NCBI GenBank assembly: GCA_051313645.2
Contig: JBNRSN020000005.1
Location: 148,738,001 to 148,802,000 of the forward strand
Direction: 5' to 3'
Source of the DNA: Centroscyllium fabricii
Lineage: Eukaryota
DNA length: 64,000 nucleotides
Shown here: positions 22,291-39,437 of the stretch, in pieces
How positions within the stretch are numbered: the first letter of the stretch is position 1
How the letters are laid out: each line of letters starts with the position of its first letter
Notes under the pieces: model-generated
The model's database searches: none
What the model was told of the DNA's origin: nothing
The model's input: only the letters and a program-made list of their open reading frames with translations
Program-made: the position numbers and the translations under genes

Positions 22291-25200
22291 CTTCTGGTCA
22301 AGATGCTGCATTCCGATATTATGTAGAACCATGTGTTAATATTCTAGTGAGCTATTTTTCTTATTTTGACTGCTTTGGACTATTTAAACAGTCTTGGTTA
22401 ATTTTTTTAAAAATTGTCACCGTCATTCAACAAAAGATTAGTTGCTTCTATAATTCCCCCCACCCCCCCCCCCCCCCCCCCCCCCACCCCCAAAAAAATA
22501 GACATCTGAATGTAAAGTATAAATCACAATTGCTATTGGGCTCATTTACAGTTTGTATTGTAATAGAAATTTCTGACAAATAACCATGTTATAATATATA
22601 ATGAATGTAAGGATCCTCTGTAATCAGTTGTAGATTATTTCACTGTAAACCTGCAATAATGACATTACAAATGCATTTGATGCTCTTCCCTAAATATCAT
22701 ACTATCATGAGCTACTTGCAGCTGCTAATTTACTGTAGAAACTCAGTGAGGTTTTTTTTAAAGAACTTGATACTTCAAAAGAGTATTCTAATTCCACTGC
22801 AACTTCTGCACAGCTTTCTTTTCTCACTGCTATTGGCAGCAGGGAAATATTTGCATTAAGCAGTGGTACAATTGCTGAACATTAACAAAAAAAACTGTTA
22901 CTGACAGCTGCATGCAGCTTCTTTACCTCATGTTCGCTCCAGATATAGGACCTTGGCCGAAAATAGCAATATTTACACAATTAGTGATATAAATTAAATG
23001 TGCAGCATGAATTATAAATAGTAACATTGATAGAAGGGAGCAATTTCAAAGCTATAGTTCAGCCTTGAGTTTCAGATGACATTCATAAATGACTCGAGCT
23101 TCACTCTTACTGTTACATCATCTGTGCCTCCTTGGTTATATTACAGCTTTGATATTATAGCCTGCTAGCCATTATTCTGAATAATATGCAAAATGCAATA
23201 ACTTTTTATATTAACTATGCATATCTCAAAACTTCTGTTTCTATCCTTTGGTTGTCACTTTAACTGTTTTTTATGTTCCTTCAGAAGCTCATTTTCATTA
23301 CGATTTGGTAACGTATGTGATATGTACTTACCCAAGAGCGTTCAAGGCTTCATAGTTGATCATATGCAACCAATTTGTAATATCACATAACAAAGGTATA
23401 GAACATACAGCACTGTACAGGCCCTTGGGCCCTCAATGTAGTGCCGCCCTTATGTTGCAGGAAAATTTACCACAATGAACACTTTTATTCCTACCGTTCC
23501 TACCCCATCACAATTCAACAGCATGAAAGGCTAATACTTTACAAGATAGAGGTTGAAGTTGAAATCAGATTTTTGGACTATTCATTTCTTTTGATGCAAT
23601 GACATGAATTTTGTTCCTTGAAATGAAGGGTGTAAGTTGAATCAATTAAATATTCATTCTACATACATGGAAAAAATTCCATCCAACGTTTTCACATCCT
23701 CAAAAATGATCTATTTTTTAAACTGAGGCAAGATTGGGAATTTTTGTCATGAATTATTTTTAAGATGGCATTATAACTATTTAGATATTTTAAAGCAGCA
23801 AAACAAAATAATCCATGGCATGTTTCTAGAGTCAATGTTATTGTTATACAGTATGACAGTGACTGGGATTGGTGGCGTTTGTGTTTTATTTTGTATTTTG
23901 TAAGTCTTGCATTAAATGTAATGTATTGTATTCAGTATTACATTTGATAAAAATGAATCATCTTTTGAACACCTTTAGTACAAACAAAAATACTTCAACC
24001 ATTTGTGAAAGCCCTAATTCTTCTTCTAACACCGTACAAAGGAGAGACTTTGAAACGCTGAAATGGACATTACATTTTAATACTTACAAACATCAGTGGC
24101 AGCAGTGTAACACGTTGGGAGATTGACAGCACAATCCACACTTTCAAGAACTGAACTGCATATTTTCAGACTTGAATCACTTGTATGTATCTACCTTAGT
24201 ATATCCTGATGCACATTTTTAATGTTTTATGTTTGTAAGTTGGCAGATTTGAGTATAGAAATATTGGTAAATATATATATTTGTTTACAAATTGTTTTGA
24301 TGACCTTAACCTAAATATTTTAACTTAAAACATCTCAGCATAGGGATTAAATTAAATTGTGATAGTGTTATTGATTTTATGTGGTGAAGGAAAGAGGAAT
24401 TAATGTATTTAGGAAAGTGAAAGTCAAAATGTAAACGTTGAATGTGTAAATTAATGTATTTAAATTTGTAAATATATTGTTACAATTGTTCATTTGCAAA
24501 AAATTATAATTTTGTGCATTTTGAAACCAAATATTTTAACAAAATACAAATGTGTTAAAGCTTGCTGAAGTCATTAGGCATTTAAAAGCTCTATACTGTA
24601 AAAATTCACAAATGGGTATAAATTAGACCCAGTATATTTATTGCTGGCCCTGAAAGAGTTAAAGATGCCACTGATATCACAATCACTTTGTAAATACTAT
24701 AAAATGAAGTACTAAATATTTAACAGCTTTTCGATGTTCCAGGGCTCTCAATTTTCTTTTCATCCAGCAGTTAAAAGAATTAAACATAAACAATCACAAC
24801 AAGTTATATTTTGGCCATTGATTTAAATTTATTATTAAAGTTTCACCAGGACTCAAAAAAAACCCCTTCCAAATATAATGTACATTTCAGGACAAAAAGT
24901 GATGTTTCGGCTGGTGTAAAATATTTCCCTCATTAGTATTTTCTCCAGGTTAAAAAGCCATTGAGTATTGTTCTCTGCAATATTTCACACTAATAAATTC
25001 ATTTGGAGAAACTGACGCTAGAAGCTTTTACAAATGTGAAAAGATTGGGTGATTAGATTACGTTACTGAAATAGATCCTACCCGTAGTACATTCACATGC
25101 AAAGATAATTGTTACTGAAGAGAATTACCGAGTCTGTAAAACTTTACTAATGTTGGATAAGGTTTGGATAAGATTTTCAACCTTCGGTGGAAAACGTATT

Positions 25201-28200
25201 GTGTCAAGCAGACAGCCTTCTGTAAATGAGAAAGGTATTGTCGAGTCTTCTTTTGCCTTGCCTGTTGATGAGATTGTTACTCAATCTTTTCAGATTGTCC
25301 TATCCGAACAGCTTTTGAATGTTCACTACATCCGACTGCAGTATTCCGACGGAACGCTACATATCTATGAATACATGAAGTCGGGGTGTTGTGCAGGACT
25401 GCACTCTTCCGCATAGAAGTGACTGTTGAATGTCAGAAAGTGTGCAGATAGTTTCGAAACTCGGAAGAATTTTAAAATGGATGTATTGTCTAATTGCAAA
25501 TGTCCTTTAAAGAACCGAAATCTGTTTTCCGAGGCTAACTAGAACCGTTTATATATCATAAATTAAATTAAACACAAGGGGAATCCAAAAAGCTTTACAA
25601 AGATCAGTAATGATTACATGTAGGATGAAGGACCAGGGAGATAACCACTTGGAAATATAGAAGTTCACTATTATTATGATCATCGATGTATCTTTCAAAC
25701 ATCGCCAAATATTTGGAAGATAAAAGGCAGATTAACATATCTTAGCAAACTACCTTTTGAGTCGTATGAATCTATTTGAGCAACGTAAACTCCAATACTT
25801 TTAAACTAACATAAATCAAGGAAATCATTGCTTAATGGAAACTCATAATTATTCTTTCATCTATAATACTTCAGGAAAGCGTCAATTAATTAATTTAAAA
25901 GATTACAGATTAATGCGCCACTTACAATGAATCTCTGGTAGTGACACCTGTACAAAACATTAAGGCGGAGAACTCCGCACACAGGCAAAAACAAGGGTAT
26001 CCAGCAAATAATGTGTTTATTATATATGGAGCAATACTTACAACAACGGAAGTGATCATAGTTAATCAATAATGTATGTAAGATAGTTCTATGTATGATT
26101 AAACGTACTAACATATACTTAAAATTCAAGGATTGGCCACGCATTACAAAAATAATCTGCATTTAATGGCAAATAAATCGCATTAATATCGATACGTGAA
26201 AACCAGTTGGTTTTAACAAAAGTAATAAGCGTAAAGCAAATTAAATTTAAACTAGACTGTCAGTGTGTTGAAACAAACATCTGTTTTCTGATTCAATCGT
26301 TTGTAGATATTGAATTTCCAAATGCTGCTGCCTGGGTTCGCCTTGTACACTTTATCTCGCACATTTGAAAGTGAATGGTTGTAACATCGCATCTTTAAAT
26401 TCTTCAAAGTAAGTAGCACAATCCTGCAGCGGGGATTGAAAAGTCATCTTGCGGCAATGAAAGAAGATTTTATTTTTAAATGACAGGTTACAGTTCTCCA
26501 ACTCCTCCAGAGCCCAGCCTCCTCCAGAAATAAGGATCCTCGGCTCCTGCTTCGATTCATTCAGTGTTGAAGTGAGTTGGGAAACGGGAAGAGAATGTAC
26601 AATGTAGTCATTTCTAATCGACTGAAAAGTTCTTGGCTTCAAGTGGGATTCGGTTAATAAAATATTTCCGGTTTCAACCCCGGTCATTAATACTAAACTT
26701 AACAAAAAGGAGCAAAAGCCACTATTATTGAATTCGGTGGCAGACTGTTCAGTTTTTGAATGATACCTTTTGTGCGGGTTTGTCGGGATTGCTGCTGTGG
26801 TGAAAATGTCCTGTAGACGGCGCGAGAGATTCAGCCTGAGCGAAAAGCAGGCGATGCAAACCAGTCTGGAGCATCGCCAGGGGGACCAAGTCAGGCCCCA
26901 GAGCGGGACACTTAGTGGCAAGCCGCCAATTCTATTGCTGGCAATTTAGACCATTTTTTTAACAAGCCGTTCTATAGAATTTACCACGGGGACTCGTCCT
27001 TCGATATTCTTCCAACGCCTTCCCCTTAACCTTCAATTAAATAAAATGAAGAGATGACAAGTTATGCTCACTTTACTTTATTATCAGGAATACGATCGAA
27101 ACCGCAAGTTACTCACGGTTAATGCGAGGCGTAAAATAACACATCTTCCAGAAAAAGGGACAAAACATTTGTTTGTTACCTTTCCTGAAAGCCGTGAGAA
27201 ATCATTAACACGGCATTGCCTGCGGGACTGTTTCCACAATGCAGAACATAACGCGCGCTCGGCTTTGCAAATCTTCTTAACCTATTACAAATTAAAATAC
27301 CACCATATATAGTGATAACTTCTAATATGTTAAGGGGACTTGTAAAGAGGAAAGCGCCTGTTTAATTTTACACCTATATATTGCTAATTGATTATCTTGC
27401 TTAAACAATTTTCGCTAACAAAACACTTCTCTGCCCGGTGGACTTTCGGCGGTGTATTTTGACTTTTATCGGTTCTGTTTATTACTATTACTTTGCAAAT
27501 AAAGTAGGAGTTCAATACTGTTATGACTGTGCTTACGAACATATAATGAACATCCTTCCCGTCTAGATGTTACTTAATTACAATCACGGGGCGACTTTAG
27601 AAGAGTAAATGAATCTTGACTCTCGCTGGCGACTCAGCTTGGGGGACACGGATTCTACGCCAGGCTGTAGACTTACAGTTTTTCTTAAAATACCCAAGTT
27701 ATTTTGTTTTAATTCCTTGATTCTGAAATCTTGATTGCTTTTTTTAATGGTGATGTGGCCAGCGAGAGGGCGGCGGATCCAAATGCTGGCTTCTGACCTT
27801 TCTTTGGGATGCTGCGGGTCCGGAGAATTTCTTGGGAAGCTCGGTCCCGAATTCCTGAAAGTATTTTGGACTCGGGTTGTGGAAATGTGCTGCCTTGTAA
27901 CCCAGGCTGACCTCTGGATGACACAAGGAGTGGACAAGGCAGTCCTCTGTTTCAAGAGACAACATTTCACCCCCACCGCCCCCTCCCCAGCACCGTAACC
28001 GCCCTCAAACAGTAAACAAATAGAAAGCGTCACCCTCCCAACAATCCCTTCAAACCCTTCCAAAGAAAAACCACTGCGCGAAGCAAAAACGATAAGGAGT
28101 TTGTTTAAAACCATGCTTCCATACGAAAAGTGAGACTGGTGGACTCGCAAATAAAACTGACAACCGATTTGCGAGCCTATCACTGGCGTGTTATTTTGCT

Positions 28201-28419
28201 GAACATCTGTGGTGTAGCAAACTTTATGGCGATGTTCAGAGGAGAGTGTGTTTTGTTGTTGCTAACTGTGTCAAGGCAGCTTGTTGGAAAATAGACCCAG
28301 GTCTCTGTTTTAACACGACCAGGATCAGAGCAAATCCTTAACAGCATGTGCTCTGGCCAGAGGGGGAAAAACCGGGTGAATAATCCCGCAATGCCCGGAG
28401 CCGTGGCCGGGCTCCTCTC

Positions 28420-28433
28420 TGAACTCATGACCT
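28420..28433 (-). promoter_or_regulatory. Candidate DR2 retinoic-acid response element
   Basis: Minus strand AGGTCA-TG-AGTTCA, an exact RGKTCA-N2-RGKTCA, in non-repeat CpG-rich DNA about 4.3 kb upstream of the meis1 ATG. Confidence 0.55.
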
Positions 28434-29061
28434 TAGTCAACCTCACACGCATCAATCTTCTCTCTTCCTCCTCTCTCTCCTCCCTCCCCTCTCTCCCTCT
28501 CGCCCTTCCCTTCCGCTTGTCTATTTTACCCTGTCTCTCGATTGCCACCAATATTCGCAGGGAATCTGAGCGAAAAAGGCAGCCTCGGGACGAGCGTATC
28601 GAGTGGTGTACAGGCGTTTGGCCCCGGGCGGGACTGCGCTCTGCTCCGTGTCCGACAACACCTCCCCCAGTGTGAACACACAGGAACCAAGCTGAGTTTT
28701 AATACATCAGATAAATTAATCTCCAATGTACCGAAGATAGGAAAACTAATACTCTGCCATACGGCTTGTCGGTTTCAATCGCCAAAAACCAGCAAGTGGC
28801 GGCGATTATTAATAAAGATTCATAAATAAATGTTTTACATGTCAAAACTGGCCCTTCTTGGATTTTTATTCCAAGTTTTTCATCGATTGGAGTAGCAGTT
28901 CCAAGAGGAGTTTTTTAAATGTATGCACCGTGGCATCCCCTGTAAATAATGGGGTTTTAAAATGCTACTGTTTCCAATTTCACATGTTAAGAAAAACAAG
29001 TCCAGTCTTTACAGTGTATATACACACACAGAGATTATATAAATATATATATCAGTGTGTG

Positions 29062-29315
29062 NNNNNNNNNNNNNNNNNNNNNNNNNNNNNNNNNNNNNNN
29101 NNNNNNNNNNNNNNNNNNNNNNNNNNNNNNNNNNNNNNNNNNNNNNNNNNNNNNNNNNNNNNNNNNNNNNNNNNNNNNNNNNNNNNNNNNNNNNNNNNNN
29201 NNNNNNNNNNNNNNNNNNNNNNNNNNNNNNNNNNNNNNNNNNNNNNNNNNNNNNNNNNNNNNNNNNNNNNNNNNNNNNNNNNNNNNNNNNNNNNNNNNNN
29301 NNNNNNNNNNNNNNN
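29062..29315. other. Assembly gap (254 N)
   Basis: Run of N, preceded by TA/TG dinucleotide repeats. Confidence 1.
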
Positions 29316-29372
29316 TTAATTGTCGAAATGATTGTTATCTGTTCCAAAAGTACATTAAAGGATAAATATGCC

Positions 29373-29683
29373 CGGTGGCATAGTGGTTAGCACTGTTGCC
29401 TCACAGCGCTAGGGACCTGGGTTAAAATCCAGCCTCGGGTACTATCTGTGTGGAGTTTGCACATTCTCCCCGTGTCTGCGTGGGTTTTCTCCGGGTGCTC
29501 CGGTTTCCTCCCACAGTCCAAAGATGTGCAGGTTATGTTGATTGGCCAGGATAAATTGACCCTCAGTGTTAGGGGGATTGAATATGTGGGGTTACGGAGT
29601 TGGGGTGGGATATGTGTCGGTGCAGGCTCGATGGGCCGAAATGGCCTCTATCTGCACTGTAGGGATTCTATGATTCTATGATT
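29373..29683 (+). mobile_element. HE1/V-SINE-like SINE with 7-bp TSD
   Basis: Same head and V-like domain as 974; different tail (gattctat)n; atatgcc at 29366-29372 and 29684-29690. Confidence 0.88.
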
Positions 29684-30999
29684 ATATGCCGCCAGGTATA
29701 CACATTAAACGTTATACAACTTAAGAAAAAATCTTCGTATTCTAAAACTGCATTATATCGAAATGAGATATATTGAACGTTGTTCCTTAATATTCAGCAC
29801 GCTTTCCAAATCGCCAATTGTCTTTGAATCCAGTGGGCTATATATTCGGCTGTCGCGTGTATAAATGAAGTGTTATTTGGAACAAGGTGCAGTATTGCCA
29901 CTCCACTTCACCTGTCGCTCCCTCTCCCCTTTACGCTTTAATTTTCAGGAATAAAATGTCATGTTACGATTAGACTGTCAAAAGTTTGTGGAGTGTGAGC
30001 CGGTGGATTGTGTGGAATCGTTAGGGAACTTGGTAAAGGCGTTGGTACTTTAATCATATATTTTAGATATAGATTCTTCTACTTCGCCTCTTTAAGAGAC
30101 ATTGATGGTTGTACCGTGTAATGATTTTATGGCTAATCCATTGCAACTGTAAATAAAAATCGTATCCAGATGAGGTCTGAGTAAACAAATTCATCTCATT
30201 TAAAGTTACACTGTAAAACTAGATAACTACTAATCTCTCGAGGGGCTGGGGGTGGGGTTAGACTGGTTACTATTTGACTGGGATTTGTAGTGACTTTTGT
30301 TGTTTAAATATAACGTTTGAGATCACTGGTTTCGAATCAATTACGTTATTTGTTTAAAGAACTGTAAGAAAAATATGTTCTTACCTGAGATACTGGATAT
30401 CTTTTAATACTTGTGAGAGCGGGGTTTGGATCTGTAATCGTGTTCCGGTCGTGTGCAGGAGTCCATCAGAATTATGTTATCACAGGAATGATATTTGATT
30501 AATTTTTCAAGACAAATGATGTTTCTGATTTAATGTTTCTCAGTCAAAAAGACCATCGCTCGTATCTTTCATTGTCTCATACTGAATAGCTCACACGCGA
30601 GGCATTTATATTAAATATGGTTTTCACGGCAATTTAACCCTTGCAAGTGCTGATTTCAGTAGTCTCCCTGCAACTTGTAACAGTGGACCTTTTGGTTTTA
30701 TGAATGAATATTGTTTTATTTGATGTGACTTCCCCCCCCCCCCCCCCCCACCTCTCTCCAACCAACTGCCATCGATCTCTTTGACAGATCTTTTTATCCT
30801 ACAAACACGTTAAAAAAATTAGGGAGGCGTTCGCCGGAGTAAACGGCCAGGCGTAGCACTTGCAAAGAATAAAGAAAAGTTCCCTTTAACAGAAGAAAGT
30901 TATTCTGGTGGATATGGTGAGGAGGGGGGTTGCTCTGTCGAGCTGGAGGTGTTTTTTTTTGGACAGAACTGAAGCTGGTGGCAGTCAGTCAGTGCTGAA

Positions 31000-31190
31000 G
31001 CGTGGATCCGCCCCCTCCAGCAGTTTAAGCCAATCAGCTTGGCGACTGAGGCAACCTGTGATAATTGATCACTGCCAGAGCCAATCATATCGCGGCATTC
31101 CCACGGCGCGCTTTGATTGGACGTTGGCTGCAGCTCCAGCGCCCACAGAGCTCCGGGCGAGCTCATTCTGCCTGTCAGACAGGGGGGTGG
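31000..31190. promoter_or_regulatory. Candidate CpG-rich promoter module (GC box plus three CCAAT boxes)
   Basis: ccgcccc 31008-31014; CCAAT at 31030 and 31081; ATTGG at 31116. Confidence 0.5.
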
Positions 31191-32329
31191 GGGGAGAACA
31201 GGCAATGCAAACCCTGAGTGAGCACAACTTTCTGCATCAAGCGTACATCCAGGGAACACCTTTGTAAAGTAATACGTAACGACACGAGAAGCGGGATGTA
31301 CGCGCAATTGTTGATTTTATTCGAAATTAGGCACAACAATTAAGAATGGCAAGTGACAAGAGGGGGAACATGCATTAAGCTAATAGAATTGGGCAAACGA
31401 ACAGCCGATTTTTAAAGACTGGATCAATCCCATCAGAGATTGTCATGAACCAGCCCGCGGAACAATGAGTGTTTTGCAACAACACAGAAGAGTCTATCAC
31501 AGCGCGTGAATATTACACAGTAAAATATTACACAATTTAAGAGAAACATTGAACCAAACCAAACAACGCGAAAGACAAAGCTAGTTCCAATTTAAAGCGA
31601 GCTGAGGCTGGCCACATTTATTTACCAAGCTAGACAAATCAAAGCAGTCCAGAAGACGCTTACGCATTCAGAGCAGTTTCCCTTCCTCCCATTATTTTGC
31701 TAGGAAGAAGTGTCAGACACCAACTCCAAGTGAATTCGCCATTTGCCAGCAATCCGCATTATAGGATCAAACGACAAAATAAATGTTTATTGTTTTTTAA
31801 GTTAACGATATAAAGAAACAAGGCGGAACAGCACACTCAATTGTTGAAAATCAACTTTGTTCTGAAGACAATGTGCTGGGATGTAAGAGTTCACTGAAAA
31901 TTATTAGTGCAATTTTCACATCGTGTTCAATTTTTTTTTTAAACTGTAAAATGTGCAGCTTCTCGACGTGGGTAAAGAATCTGTACCTGCCGGTGGTTAT
32001 GACTAGTGTTGCTTTTGCTTGCATTGTATATGTCTATCTGTCTCCCCCACCCCTCCTGTGTGTGAGAGATGAGGTGGTCCGCTGCGCATTGTGTAAGACG
32101 CGACCTGTTATGGCCACCACTGCTTCCGGGTTCCAGCATTCTCTCCAAATCCACCTCTGGCTCCGTAACACTGGGGCAGCGGCATCGGCCCCTTTAAAGA
32201 GCTCCAAACTCCGGAGAGAGTGAGATCCCCCCGCACCATCTCTTCGAGGCGCAAGGCGCTTGCAGGCTCATTGCACACACAAGGCGATCCGGAGCTGGAC
32301 CCCTCCGGGCAGATCTCGCTGCCATCACT

Positions 32330-32731
32330 AAGGTGTCCCCCCGACCAGTGGAAGTGCACGGCGGATCATCATTCATTCACTACCTTGACAACCTTGCCTT
32401 GATTGACAGCTGGAGTGGCAGAAAGCCATGAGACTCGGCAGTTTTGTTTGAGGGGCGCTTTTTTCTGGCTTTTGGGGGAACGCGGTTCTTTATCCGCCGG
32501 GGTGCTGTGGTGAAAAATAATATCTATCTATCGATATATTGTTTTTGCTGATCAAAAATATTTTTCCCGAGTGCATCCAAGTTAAGCTGCAGACTTTGGG
32601 GCTGATCATCCACATAAGGGACTTCCAGGGATCTTGATCTGGCTTTGGAGTGGCGTGTTTATTCCTTATTGATATTGGCCCTATAGAGAAGAGCAGAAGC
32701 TGCCACAGAGAGAGGGGCTCGAGGCAGGCCG
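32330..32731 (+). promoter_or_regulatory. meis1: Probable meis1 5' UTR with PBX-MEIS decamer (32400-32409) and uORF (32428-32451)
   Basis: atcattcattcac...TGATTGACAGctggagtggcagaaagccATGaga resembles the human MEIS1 mRNA 5' end as I recall it; the transcription start is not determinable from sequence. Confidence 0.65.
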
Positions 32732-36633
<3,902 letters not shown>

Positions 36634-39437
36634 GTATGGAGCCCTTGGATTTGAATTCTGAATGCCTGCTATGGCAATACGCCTCCTTATTATTTGCATA
36701 TTATCAAGGCCTTTTGTATGAATTTTGGTCCAAATTAATATTTCACACAAGTGCCTATTATGTGATCGATCATAGGTTGGACCCGGCAAAGATTGCCTTG
36801 TAGCGTGATGGTTGGAAAGTTGACCCGCTTCTTGTCGCTTTTTAAAAAAAATTGCAAAAAGAAAAGGCAGTAATTGTTGTCGGTGTGGCTACATACCTTT
36901 TTTTTTGAATGAAACTAGCTGCCGCTGAGAGAGGTGGTGTTTAAAATGTGTGGGGAGGGGGAGAGTGGGAAAGCTCTCACATGGTGTAGTTTGGCCTCTT
37001 GTCCTGCGGTTCTTTAGGGGCTGGCTGGCTGGTCGCTTTCCTCCGGCCGATCGCAGGCACAGCACAGCCAAGCTGTGTGGACGGGCGGTGTGGGGCCGGC
37101 CGGTGCTGGTTCAAATTAGAGAGACATCGGCACTTTTAAAGTTAAAACAAAAACAACACACGCACACACCGACAAGGGGGCGAATAGCGACCGGTGGCTT
37201 AGACAAAAAAAAGTCCAGACTTGGGAGGCGATTCCTGAAAAACTTGGTCTAAGGTTCACCGGAGCCTATCTGATTGTTTTGTTTTGTGTGGCGGGTTCAT
37301 TTAAGATAAGGAGAGAGAGAGGGAGGGAGAGAGAGGGAGAGTTTGTGGACACGCCGGGCCGCCCAGAGCGCACCCGATTCGGGGAGACTCCCAGGAAGGA
37401 GTCGGCGCCGTGGGAACGCGGCGATTTGTAAAGTCCATCGGCCGCTCTGCGATAAAAGGCAGCGACTGAGGCGCTGCAACAGCCGCGATCACAGAGAATG
37501 CATTAAATTCATCGCTGTCCTCTAGTCACATGTGGAAAACGCCGCTTGCGACGCAGCCGACTGCATAGATTCGCTTGCTGCGTTCACACCAGCGAAACGG
37601 CACCCGCACCACGGTTTAAATCCATTTAATATTAATCGTGGTTCTTCCCGCAAACATAAAGCGCACCCACGCAAACTGTGAGCCTCCCTCCCTCCCTCCG
37701 GTACAGTGGCATTTGTGAATGTGTTTACTTTTCACAGAAAGGGCAGGGTAGCGATATATTTAAATAGACTGCCCTACTTTTGGAAGGAGATATGCCGAGC
37801 TCTTGCGAGATAACAGGCAGGTAAAGCTCACAAAGCGGGCTGGAAGGTGTGTGAAAATTGCATTGCAGTATTTTAACAAAAATATATAGGCAGAGGCTTC
37901 GATGCGGTGCTTAATGGACAAGACCAGGGGGGTTGTACGGCCATGTCAAAGAATAGTCGTATAATTAGGATGTGTTAAGACACATAATCATTTCTTATCG
38001 TTGTCTAACTAGGTGGAAATTTAATTGAAAGCTTTTAAAAATAAATAAAACCCGCGCCGCTTCAAAGTGAAAGACATTTCCATGCGGATTTCTCGGGTTA
38101 ACTAAATCACATGTAAATAGCCAGTGTTAATCAGTGAATGCTCTGGAACCGCTGGTGCCGCTTCTTCAATGGGCCACCCGAAAAACTGCTTCGGAGAAGT
38201 TTTCAAATTTTGTTCTGAGCACAACTGCGAATTTTGAATCGCCACATATGTTCAGTTAAAAAATCTGTTAGCAAAAAGCTCGCTAGACGCAGAGCGTAAG
38301 AGCTATTTACACAAAAACTACACCTATTGCTCCGGGGCATGAGTGAAATCAACACGCTAATTGCCTCCAAAATGAAGATTTATTCCCTTTTTCTTCAACG
38401 AATCATTATCCATGTTATGCTCCTACTCAGGCCACAGCAGAAACCAGGCTTATTTGGAACGGTGGTTTCGATTTCGCGAGTGCACGTCTGTTGAAGAAAG
38501 TTTTATTTTACCCAAAAATAAAACGGGTCACACTGAGAAAAGTTTAAAGGCGACCACTGCCCCCTTCCCATCCTGTTTTTTTTAATTTTTCCGAAAGGTT
38601 TCTAGTGTCTGTACATTTGGTCGTGGTTCCTGACATTAGTGATGCGCCATCTCTGGATTGTCCCATCCCATATGTATTTTTAATATCTACCTTCGGGCGA
38701 AAAATAAGAATTGAGCTTGAAAAATAAAACTCTTGTGTATTTGCCGGCAATGTCAAAAAAAGGGGAACTCATTTTGTTCCTTTTCTAGACACATTTTACT
38801 CTTGTAACTGGAGGGGAGGCTTTGGTTGTCGGTTTTGCCCTATTTGGATTCTACCTTTGCTCTCAGTGTTAACCGAGGCTACCATTCTGTTGGGGTGGGG
38901 AGAATCCGGGCTCCTCCCTGTAACAGCAGTGGGGAGAGGGTCGGTGAGAAGCTCCACACTCGGCTTGAATGTGGCCGATCCAGTTTCACACTCTTCCCAG
39001 TGAACCTCAACACACATATGGCCCGTTAAGAATCAGGTGAGCTGAGGTTGCTGCCTACCTGGTGGACAGAGCGAACGCACTAAATAACTGAGTGTAGTTT
39101 GTGTGTAAACTGCATGATGCCTGGATGATACGGCATTGTGGTTGTTGGACATCACTGTACAATCTCGACTCCGCGGTTTGCAATGTTGTTCTGGTTAGGA
39201 AGGGCAAACTGTGCCGGAGTCTGTTTCAGTTTTTCACCACACTTATTCCAACAAAATGCCACTGAGCCGAAACAAACCTCTAATTTTTAACATATATTTT
39301 CTCACTACTTTTATTTGGTGCAGCTGGCATTCTTTCGGCGTTATCTGCTATTTCTGGAGATCTACGCTCATGAGGAGCTGCTTCCACTGCACCGCGACTC
39401 CTCTCCGCTTTGCCCGCACATTCCCACGCCAATCCCA

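Noticed and set aside
26352-28829. ORFs of 189-199 aa upstream of meis1
   Set aside because: No recognisable domain; expected by chance in CpG-rich promoter-flanking DNA. A non-coding antisense transcript is not excluded.
28858-29390. ORFs spanning X runs
   Set aside because: Produced by the N gap.
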